The notes under the pieces were generated by a model. The model was not told where the DNA came from, did not search any database, and saw only the letters and a list, made by a program, of their open reading frames with translations. Below are positions 13,901-25,900 of a DNA stretch of 64,000 nucleotides, one piece after another; positions within the stretch are counted from its first letter, which is position 1, and each line of letters starts with the position of its first letter. Source of the DNA: Eledone cirrhosa (Eukaryota); contig OZ024743.1 of NCBI GenBank assembly GCA_964016885.1, positions 339,884,001 through 339,948,000 of the forward strand. The letters run 5' to 3'. The position numbers and the translations under genes are program-made.

Positions 13901-16900
13901 TAGTGTTTAAAAGAATTGGTTTGTGCTCATTACTTGTGCTATCCCATAAAATAACAATATTACATGCCTGTAGATTTATTTAGTGTATAAAACTGATAAA
14001 TGAACACAGAAAAATTGCCATAATATAAAAAAAACGGGGGTTTTGGATGAATAATCATTAACTATTTATCTTTTTTCGTGTGAGTGAATGCATTGGAAGT
14101 GTCTGCCCTACAACATGGTTCCCCACCCACCCATGTATTCCTCTTCTATGTGCACCCTTGTTTAGTTTCTCTTTAACCTCTGCAAATATACATTCAACTC
14201 AGACCTCACTATGAAGCAGCACACCACTTCTACATACAGAATTTCTTTCATACAAAAAGAAAAGCTATTTATTGCCAACAGAAACTACTGCTACAGCAAC
14301 TTCATTTCTTTACCCTTACTACCTGGCTTTTGCTAAAGAGATTACCTAGAATTTAGAAAGTATAAACTGCTTCTTGTGAGGCATCATTTTATGGGAGCAT
14401 ACTTGACTCATTTCTTTTTAGCTTCTGCAGTCAAAGCCTATGTTTGATTGCCATGTGGCATTGCAGTTTACACAAAAGCATCATACAATCTACCCTTCAT
14501 TCTAAGAGAAAGGCATTTTGTTGTTAGCAGTGGTAATAGATCTTTGAACTTCCAGCCTGTTCTTACCCTAGGTAGCAAACGCTGTCAAGCAGAAAGAGGG
14601 CATTAGTATAACCCTTGCATTTTTGTCTTTATTTTTACAAATGGATTTTTTTTATATATTTGTTTTAATGATATTTATCTTCATAGAAAATGTTGTCCAA
14701 GCACTAGATCTCTTATTTGTATGTTATTTTCAGATGCTTCACGGAAGAAAGATTCGCATTGACTTACCAGGAAACACGGGTAAGTGAAATGATTGTGAAT
14801 TCTGTATTTGTCCTTTGCTACATCAACTAGCTGCCCTTGAAACATTCAAAATGTTAGTGTTATTTTGGATAGCGCTCTAATAGGCTTTCACAAAATTTCC
14901 ATCTACCAAATTTTTAAGGGTATGATAGACCTTTCCCAAAGTGTCACATAGGCAAATCAAGCCCAAAGCCATGTAGTTATAAAACTAACATCTTAACTAT
15001 ACACCCACATGTGCCCATATCTTGACATATGGTCAAAAGCCCATAGTATAAGCTAAGCTAAAATTCACAGATAATTGAATTACTTTTGATATCTATACTT
15101 GATTTCAGATTCATATTTAGATTAGTTGTATGTGCATTATCAGATCTTTCATGAAAGGATTATTATTTTGTGTCCTACAAATTTAGTTATGCATAAATTA
15201 TCGCAACAGATTTTAACAGTTGCAATGTACTTCCTATTGCAATTTAATTCTTAAGTGTGGGTGCATATGTGGTACCTAGATTATAATTGCATGCTTAAAG
15301 ACAAATCTAAACCTATTTATCCTACTTTCTTTGTTGAAATTTAGTATTCAAAGTTTTTCTTTCTTTTAAGATCGTGATGTTAGACGAGGTGGGATGCATG
15401 ACCACTTTGATCGAACGGATACCGACTGGAGACGTCCTCGAGGTTAGTTTCTACGCTTTTAATCTCTTTTTGCAAATTTGTAAAATAAAATTCTGGTCAT
15501 TTTGGTTAATCCTACTACAAAATATTTGTTCATAATCATTTGGATAAACTGAAACAAATCTATAAAATTGAACTAATATATTAATTAATTGTTATATTCA
15601 GCTAAGCATATTTAATGTTAATTTTATTATACATTTTCATTCGATAGTATTGTTCAACTAGTTCTCATCTTAACATCTTTTTTCTCTCTATCCATTTCAA
15701 AACAACTTTAATGAATCAAGTTATCTATAGTATTGTTTCAGTTGTGTGTATCTTGCTAATGGTCTTACAAAAATCTAGGTTTATCTTGTTTTATTATCAA
15801 AATACTTGTTGCTTTACATAATACTATTTGCATTTCTGTTTTTCAGATGAGGATGATGAAGGTGGTGGTGGTAGAGGTTTTGATCGTGGCAGAGACCAAT
15901 ACGGTGATAGGGATCGATTTGGTGATCGAGACAGAGAACGTGGATTTGCCAATGCTGCTCCTGAAACTGGGCGTTGGGAAAGATCTGGTCCAGCGGAGAG
16001 GAGTGACCGGAATGAACGATATTCTGCTGCACCTTCTGATACATGGGATCGGGGAGTGACAGTTGATAGATCTTCTAGTGATCGATGGGGTGACCGTGAT
16101 AGAGGATTTGGTGATCGTGAGAGAGGTTATGGTGGTGATCGTGAGAGAGGATATGGTGGTGATCGTGAGAGGGGATATGGTGGTGATCGCTATGGAGAAC
16201 AGGGATATGAGCGGGGTTATGGCAGTCGTTATGGCAGTCGTGAGGGTGGAGGTGAGTATTTTTCTTATTTATTTTGACTGTTTCTATACAAAATCACTGG
16301 GAAAAATCCAAAGCTTAATGATTCCTAAATAATGTTAAATAATTATAAGAATAGAAAATTGTAAACAAGAAAAGAAAATTTTGATATCCTCTATTCTGCC
16401 TCATGAATTCATTCTACAACTGCAGCCATTTCTCTTCTAAAAAAAGATACAGGTTAATTTTCTGGGCTCCGTGACAAGTTTCATACTCATTATGGATTCT
16501 TTCTGAAGCAATGCTTTTTCTAGCACCGACCCTTTTATTTGCCACTTATGACTTATAGGGTTACAGTGTACTTTTCAAACTGGATATATACAGCATCTTT
16601 CTAATGTAATCATAAATTTTTCTGCTTTCCCTGCTAGCAATGGTTAGACGAACTGTCACAGACTAAGCCAATATTTATTCAGTGCTACTGACCTCTCAGA
16701 AGAGCTGGGGGCCAGCATCTTGTTTTCATGCGTACTTGTGTTCTACTGAGTGCATTTTATTCTGGTACCAGCAGTCACGTCTTTGACACAACTGAAGAGT
16801 CTTCTCAACTCTCAGGTTGGCAAATTTTCTACAACTTGATGCCCTTCCAACCACTTTACAGAGTGTACTGGATGCGATTTATTGCACCCAGTGCACAACT

Positions 16901-19900
16901 GGAGTTCTTGATCATTGGCTTAACACAAGAACTCTCACTACTCTGTTGGGGGTGGGGTAGGAAGTATGCAGTGGGTTGAGGCATGACAAGAATAATGTCT
17001 TGGATGTATAGTGGGTGTAGTATGGGAGAGGCAACCTCAGAATCATTGATAATTTAACAACTAGAAAGGAAATTGCTTTTGAATTTAAAGGGTGGGGTTG
17101 CAGTGATAGTCAAGATAATTACTGGAGGGGTGGCAAGTGGGTGGATCAGATCACATTTTATGCTGATATGCAAGTGTTCTCCTGCTCAGCATATTACCAA
17201 TCCTTGTGGTCCATTGTATAGTTCGGTTTAAGGTTAGTTTTCACTCCTTCATCCCATATCTTGTTGGACCTCTGTCAGTTCTGCTCGTGAAATTGACATG
17301 CACTCTTAACATAGTTCTCGGGGAGACTACAAGTACAACTCATGACCTTACAATTACGAGCCGAACAGTCAAACCACTAGCCTTCACATATATTCAGAGT
17401 TTCATATTGCCACTTCATTAACATGTTATCATACAAGCAACCGTAATATATAAAAAAAGGTCTATGATAGAGAATTATAAAAAATGTACAAAAATAATAT
17501 ATAAATATTTAAACAATGGAATGTATTGAGCGAGAATTGGTCCTCAACCTGTATAGGATGACTGACTTGGTCTGTAACAACTCATCTAGTCTAAACCAGT
17601 ATGGAAAAGGGATGTAAATATGATGTCATCATCATCCTTGTTTTCTGATATCACTGGTTAGACAGGTTGCCCACAAAGGCAGGTCAGATGACCTTATACA
17701 TTCCATTTTAGTGTGTTTTCCCATGTTGGATGGCCATCCTAATGCCAACCACTTCATGGTATTTGCCAGGTTTGTTTTTTCGTGGTACCACCTGATAGGT
17801 TCAACAGGGTGCATTTTTTGTTGCACCAGTACCACTGCATTGCAGCATGGGTTGGGTGCGTTTTATCATGGCAGGGGACGAGAACGGAGATTAGGTTGCT
17901 TGTTATTAGATGGAAGCTGTATGGGGTGGGGCATGTCTTTCCATGCTAGTATGCCTGGGCAGGGAATTTAAGGAGAAGTTTGGCAGTGTGAGTTGTAGGG
18001 TAGTGTTGGATCATAGGATGGTCTTGAGAAGGAGAGTTATGGTGCATCTGACTTTGGGTAGCAGTTAGAGGTGTGAGTGGGAAGAGAGACTTGGTTGGTA
18101 GAAGAGTAGGTGAAAGAAATAGCTAATGAAGAGGGTGGGGATGATGGAAGAGGCAGCCTAAGTGTTGTTACATCTTTCTGCCTTTAATCCCACCTGTGTA
18201 GGTATGTGCGTCTTCTATAGTAAGGCATATTGCAGCCATATTGATATTAGAAAACTTTAAAATATTCCTATAATAAGATATATTGTTCTATTATTTGCTA
18301 ATTTAAAATGTTTACCAGGTTACAACAGAAGAAGTGATCGAGGTTTTGAAAGAAAAGGCTTCGGTAATGAGAGGTTTGTATGAGTTATTAAATTATTAAA
18401 GTATGTCAAGTAAGATGTCTTGTTTTGATCATGCAGCAGAGCCAAATGGTTAACCCTTTAGCATTTAAACCGGCCATATCCGGCCAGAATTCTCTCGTCT
18501 CTTTCTGTCCAAATTGGCTGCAATCGGTTGCTCATACTGATGTTAAGGTATTGTTCTCAAAATGAATATCAAAATCTCATTGATTCAATATTATGTGAGA
18601 TAATATGTAAGATAAAGCCTTTACTGCGAAAATACAATTGTAAATATAGAGTAATTTAAATGCTAAAGGGTTAAGGAGTTTGCTTCATAATCATTAGGTC
18701 CTAAGTTCAATCTCACTGCATGACATGTTGTGTAAGTGCCATTTACATAGCCTTGAGAGTGAAACTGAGTAGACGGAAACAGACAGACTGCACTTGTAAT
18801 CCAATGGGCCAGTCATGTCACACAGTGTCCTGCTGAATCTCCCTGAGAATTACACATCTGTGAAATGCTCAGCCATTTACATGTTAATTTCATGAGCAGG
18901 GTGCTCTGTTGATTAAACACCTCATCATTGAAGCTGATGGAAGTCCATTCCATTCTTGTTTTGATCTCTGCTGATACATTCCGTTCACTTTTTCTCATTC
19001 TATGATTATTTAAAAAAATATTTCAACAAATCTCTGTTTTGGAGACCATGTCTTTGAATATATCTTGGTTTATATATGTATAATCTTAAGCACTTTGTTT
19101 ACTTTTTCAGTGATCCAAGCCGTGAATCCAGTTCTGGTGAGTTGTTTTTATCTTGCTATTTTGTTATTTCATTTCATTTTAACCTTTTTTGTACTGGTCT
19201 TGTGCCACAAAACTATGTTTTGAAGTATTTATATTTATGTAAAAATCCTTCATCATAATTTTATTTAAGAACCTTTGTTAAGCAATGTCACAAACACCAG
19301 ATAAATAATGAGAAAAATTAGTTATATTACTAAATCCCTTCAAAATTGAATTACATAGGCAGTATCTACCATTAGTAATATGGAAACAAAAGCTAATGCT
19401 AACCCACCTGGAACTGCCTATACTAAAGTGTTCATAATTAACCCTTTCGTTACCATATTTCTAACCAAAATACGTGTTTCAATTAATTGCTAACATAATC
19501 ATAAATTTAGTCTGGTTTCATTAAACAACTCTAACTTTTTTATTTATCAACATATTAATGTGATTTTTGGAAGAAAATTTAACGAAAGGTTCTCAACCAA
19601 TTCTATTCCATAATTTTTGTCTCAAAGTGACTCTAAATACAGGTAAATTCAACAAAATATGAAATTATTTAAATTTTGTTCAAACATCGCTATAGAAAAT
19701 GGGTTATTAGCTAATATTCAATTGTGTATACAACAAAATTTTACTATAGAAGAGTTGTGCACATTACTGGATTTATCAGGTGAATTTAAACACACAAAAG
19801 ACAGGTGTACCATAAAGGTATAAACAAAACGAAAGACTGGAATTTGTCTGTGAAGAAAACTAGAAAACAAAATACACACACACTATCAACTAGATTAAAT

Positions 19901-22900
19901 AAGTTCTCCCACATACATAGATATGAAGAAATATACAATAATGATTTACAAAAGAAATTAATCAAAACTCATCACTCACCTTACAGGAAAATTAAAATTA
20001 CACATAAAGAAAACTAAAAACGAAGTAAATTTGAAAATATTAATAAAATAAAATCACACATATATACAAATCAAACAATATTCCTATCATGAAAACTTGC
20101 AAAGCTCCCTGCTCTACATAATGCAACCTTGCAGAATGCACATTGGAAAGTTGTTTCAACAGACCTTCCACTAGGAGCTTTCCTTTTTTGATGAAGGCAT
20201 TCACGACACTGCTTTTTGCGACCCTCGATTTTTTTTTTTTTTTTTTTTTTTTCTAATTTATGGAGATCGGCTGAATTCAGAGGGATATCTTTCTGGCAGG
20301 CTTTGTTTTTTCTCCCTACAGTTATTTTTTTTTTAGGAATAACCAGCTCTTAATTGTGTTGCTATATCTGCTCGGAACTGCAGATGGTCACATCGCTTTC
20401 GAGCCGGTCCCGATTTGGTATATAGTATAAACGCATTAGTAATATTCATATTTACTATATACCAAACAAGGTATTGCCACCATTTATTTCCCGATCTGCC
20501 AACTGGATAATAAGACATCATCTGATTCATCCGATCTACACCACCCATGTACCTGTTATAATCGAGATTCACAAATGGGGTGCCATTTTCATCCACATGT
20601 GGCCGTGCACAGGTAGGCAGAAAATTGATCTGCCTCTTATCTCTGTATGCGGTCGCTAGCAAATTTCCTTTCTGCTGTTGAATTATTTCACCTTTTTTTT
20701 TTTTTTTTGCTTTTTTTTATATCCAACGGCAGTCTTTTTCTATTAGCGATCACTGTAGCACATGTATGTGTTGCCACAGTATCTAAATTCTCCGCAAGTT
20801 TGACCGAACTGAAAAACCGGTAAAAAAAATAATATACGGTCCTGGTTATGGTATGGAAGTGATAAATTCGAGGCCATGCTGACTTACATAATTGTCTCTT
20901 TTGCCACTATAAAATTCAAATCCAGAGCAGTACCCAGTATTCGATTCGCAAATCTTCCAAACTTTGAAACCCCATTTTGTGGGCTTTCTTGTCGAAAACG
21001 CACTCGGCCTTTATAGCCCACCATACCCTCATCGATAGATAAATATCTCCCTGGTTTGTAAACTGTTTTATATGTGTTTTAAACACAATCAATGAGGGGT
21101 CTTATTTTAAATAAGGGATCATAGTTTGGTTCTCCACGTACTGGTGTACTGCTCGTGTCTCTTACATGTAAATATTGCGTCAATTTTAAAAACCGTGTCC
21201 TCGTCATTCTACTTGAGACATATTCGTCTCCAAAGGGTTCATCGCTACTCCAGTAATTTGTAATTCTGGGTAGCGTTCTAATGCCCATAATAATATTTAT
21301 GGCAAAATAAGCTCTAATTTCATTTAAGCTTGTGGGAAACCACAAACTATCCTTTTTTTTCGCTTTGTTTACTTTCAGCGTAACGGTTTGTTTCCGCCGT
21401 AATGATTTCAAACAAGCTCATAGGAAAAAGTAAAAAGAAATAGACTAAAGCTTTGCTCTCCTGGGATAGACTGTGACTTGGTCCAGTTTCTTGACAAAAA
21501 TCACTGAAAGAAACAGTTTTTAAATTTTTACTCCATTCAGGTGCCAATTCATTTTCTTTATCGCTGTCATCGGAACTCTCGGATTCACTGTTTTCACTTT
21601 CGGAAAATGAAACATCGGATTCATTATCAAATACCACGTGCTTTTTTTTTTTCAGTTATAGAGTTAGATTTTTCAAGGTCTTCAGTGGAAAATCCTTCGA
21701 ATTCTGACTTGCTGCTTGACTGGTATCCATTTTTTTGTCAGAATTACAAATTTTCAAAACACAACAGGAACAAATTTGGAAAAAAATCTCCCAAAATTCA
21801 CAGAATTAAAATAACACGTCGATCGTTGTCCAAAACTGTAGCTCAATTGTTTACGCAGTATAATCACGTGTTTTCACGAATGTACTAACGAGATTTGCTC
21901 TGATATTCTCATTTAAATATGAATGTGTGAGTTTGGGCGGCTTGGTCACATGAACCAACATTTTTTTCGGGCGGTTTGGTAACGAAAGGGTTAAATTAAA
22001 ATTCCCATTATAATACCAATAATAACAGGATTTCAGTTGGTCAACACCAACATAATACATCAATATATAAAGTTGCAAAAATTACACGAAACACCTCCAA
22101 AAATTTGATTATGTTGAAAATTATTGTAACACACTAGAAATATAATCATGAAAGGTCTTTTGTGTGTAAAGTGAAAATACATATAATAACTATATAAACA
22201 ACTTTAAGGTATCTAAATTGGCCAAGCTTGTGATTCTATGTTGAAAAATACATATAGTTCAGATAGGTTTGAATAGTTGAGTTAAAATAATATTAAATGT
22301 AGGCACAGACATGTTCTATTTATGTGACTTTGAGTTTAGTACTATAACATCGTAAATTGGGCAATACCTTCTGAATGAACTGGGTAAATGAAAACTGAAA
22401 GTTTGTGTGTGTATATATATATATATATATCACCATTTAACATCTATTTTCCATGCTTACGTGGGTTAGGCTGCTGAGGCCAGACTGGTCAGGTGACTAA
22501 GTCCTGCTCATATGCTTTTTTTTTTTTTTTTTTTTTTTTTTTGCTTGGTTTCTATGGCTGGATGCCCTTCCTAACCAACTACTTTACAGGGTGGACTGGG
22601 TACTTTTGTAGTGGCACCAGCAAAAACAACCTGTCCTTGTTCTTCCATGCCAGCACGTCTGTGTGTGTGTCTATCTTTTCCCTGTATGTCTTCATGGGGA
22701 CACTAGTTGAGAAAGTAGTGTTGTTTTGTTTGTCTTGCGGCTTAACAGTTCAAAGAAGATTAGCGAGATAAGTACCATACTTGGATAAAAAACCAGATAA
22801 AATATAACCATCGAGAACTAAATAAGTTATAGGAACCATAAATGTGTGTGGAAGTTTTGCTCTGATTTGTTACAAACAAAAAAAAACATTTAAAAAAAAA

Positions 22901-25900
22901 GTTTTATATATATATATTATATTATATTAGATCCTCCAAAGGACAGGCCACGATTAAATTTGAAACCTAGATCAACCACAGCAGCTGAGTCAGTACCTGA
23001 ATCCTCGTCCTCCATTTTTGGTGGTGCTCGTCCTGTTGATACCAGTCAAAGAGAAAAGGAGATAGAGGCCCGAATCCGTCGTGAAGGAGATTTAATAAAA
23101 GCTCGGAATGAGGAAGAAAAGGAAAATAATTATTACAGGTGTGTTCTCTCATATTTATATATATATGTGTGTGTGTGTTTAAATATTATACTAAAACGAA
23201 GCTGGTTATCAGATTGGACCAAGTAAACTATATTGGTCACTCCATTGCTGATACTATCTGCCTGTCCCAACTCCTTGCAGAAGCATCACTACTTTTCCAG
23301 TTAGGGGAGAGGTATTGATCCTGAAAGGATGAAAGGCAAAGCTGGATTTGACTCGGTGTGAAAAGAGCTAGGGCAAATACCAAAGCATTTAATGACTCTA
23401 CCAATTCACTGCCTATTACATTAAAACAATTGCTTTAGTATATTATTTCTATTGACAGCCATAGAAGTGTATTTTGAATAATGTTATTGAAGTTACACGA
23501 AGTTGAAAAAGTATTAAATTGTTGAGGCTAATGTGCAATTATTGTTATGGCTCATACTTATGTAGATTTTGCTGGCTTTTCCTAAGGTTGCATCTTATAG
23601 GAGGCTTTTGGCTGTTTTTGTGATAGGAACCTGAGTCTTAACTGATGTGCAGTAAATAGTTGTCAAGATCATAAAAAGAATTTTGCTAGCTCTTGGTGTC
23701 CACTATACTCTCTATTTTTTCAACTTTGTGTATCTTCAATAGTTTCATTTTTGGTGGCCCAATAACTGAGTCTCAGGCAAAATGAGATGGTAGTGATCCC
23801 AAGTCTGTAAAGCAAACTTCTTTAGTATTGGTATTTGTCATAAACTATATCACAGATGGTTGATATCAAGTAGTATCTCTAGTTAGAGAAATTACAGTGA
23901 AAGTCTTCTGCAAAACAGTATTGCCAAAAATACCACCAAATGCATCAACAGTCTATATAGGAGTACTTACTAGTGCTGCAGGCATAAGCATAGACTTTTG
24001 TGTGTGTCTTCCTCTACCAAACAGCTAATTATTTTGTGATGGATAATCATAAACTTTATATCCATATTAAAATTTCTCCATTCTGCCCTTCAGGTCAAAT
24101 GATCGTTACTCCAGCAGCCAGTTTCCTGCTAAAGGGGAAAGGGATAGTTCTCGGCGAGATAAAAGACAAAGTGGTGGAAGCAGCAGCTCCTCACAAGGAA
24201 AAGGTATAAGGCTCAATGAGTATTTCTAACTCTGAATTAAGTAGAATGCAATTTACCATGAAAGTTAGTGCAGTATTATAACATTAATAGCAATCTATGC
24301 CAGTACATTAGTTGATCTGTGGTATGATGTAATGGAAGTAAGCAAAAAGTATAAGTTTAAACATTACAACTCTGTTTAGGTTGATTACATATTCTAAAAA
24401 TAGTTGGAAATAATGGCAGAATTCCTTCTATCATGCTTTATTATAATAATGAAAATTGTGTACAGTGTCATGTGTGGAGAAACACCTCCAAATGTCTGAG
24501 CAGTACTCCATTTCTGAGTGCATTCAGCTCTTGCTGTGGTACAATAGATCATCATGCTTAGGAACGTTTTTGAATGGTAGAATGAGCTCATTCTAACCAC
24601 TACTCTGATGACAAACAATGTCGGAGTCCCATCTCAGATCAAGTGTGGATTTAAAACCTAAGAGTTTATCCACACAAGATTATTTCAAAGCACTCCTATC
24701 CATCAAAATGGAGGAAGGTCAGGAATTTCATGATGGCGGAGATAAGATCACATAGTATGGTACCCTCTTGTCAAACGCGAACAAGAAGTATTAAGCAGAA
24801 CAATCAACCATCCACTATATATTATCATAAGCTGAAATCCAGGTATAAATTATTGTCCTTAAATGCTTGTAGTTTAGGCAACAAGATCACAACAAATTTA
24901 AAATTAATTGAAAGACATAGACAATGTATTCATTAGAAATATAGTTGCAAAAGGACTGAGTAGTTTTGTGGTATAGGTCTCCAGGTGCAGAACTCTGTAA
25001 ATGTCAGTTTTGCATTGTAAGCTTTGTTATGTGAATCTACTTGAAAAAGAAATTCTTTATTTTTGAAGAAATAGTTTTATGAAAACTAATGAAATTTTCC
25101 AACATCATGGGATAGTTTAGGTATGCATATTATATTTCAACTTAAGCAAGCAATTGCTTAAAATGAATAATTATTTTGTTAAATAGCACAAAACCAACCA
25201 AGAACTAGATGTGATAGTAGAGACTCTAGTAATTCAGAACCAAACACAGATGAAAAAGAAGAAAAACAAGTGCCACTTTCTCCTAGAAAAGAAGATCCTC
25301 CAACCAAAATGGTGCCTGCACCACCACCCAAAGAGAATATTTGGGAAAGACGGAAAACTGAACAGCAGTCAAATAAAGGATCAGAAAGTTCCCGAAATCA
25401 GGTTTGTGTTGCTCATGCTCACTCTTTCTAATTACGCCTGTTCATCATCCTCATCATTTTAATAGTATCCCTTCACTTGTCTCTTTCCTTTGTCATCGCC
25501 TTTGTGATGTTCTGCATTCTGAGATCCACTGCCACCACTTCTGCCCCAAATACATACTAATAAATATTATTTTTTATTGTTTGCAGAAACAATATGATTC
25601 TTCAAAAAGAGGGGAAGAAGCTAGTGAAAATGGTAAATACTTATTTTATATTCCATCATTGACTTATTTTGTAAAACTAGTTTTAATGGATTTCATTGTG
25701 TTACACTTCTAATTGTTGTTTGTATTAACTTTTTTGTTGTTCTGACTATCATAAGGATGTTTATTTGTACATTTGAAGTGTAATTGCTCTTGTGACTCCG
25801 AGAGATAGTCATCGCTCCCAGGTGCATCTCATATACTTTAGAAGATGCTGTTGTAATCAGGTTTAGGAGATCATCTATTCTCTCCACCTTGCGAGGATAT

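Noticed and set aside
19442-21990. Domesticated PGBD gene or active transposase
   Set aside because: Multiple frameshifts, deletions, a stop and altered catalytic motifs; it is antisense with TIRs retained.
25402-25586. Intron 12 as an editing-complementary sequence or antisense ORF (15-nt complement to the exon 7 start, patches to exon 11)
   Set aside because: The patches are not in antiparallel order, and the catcatcctcatc tract resembles the common repeat tail. Low-complexity coincidence is likely.
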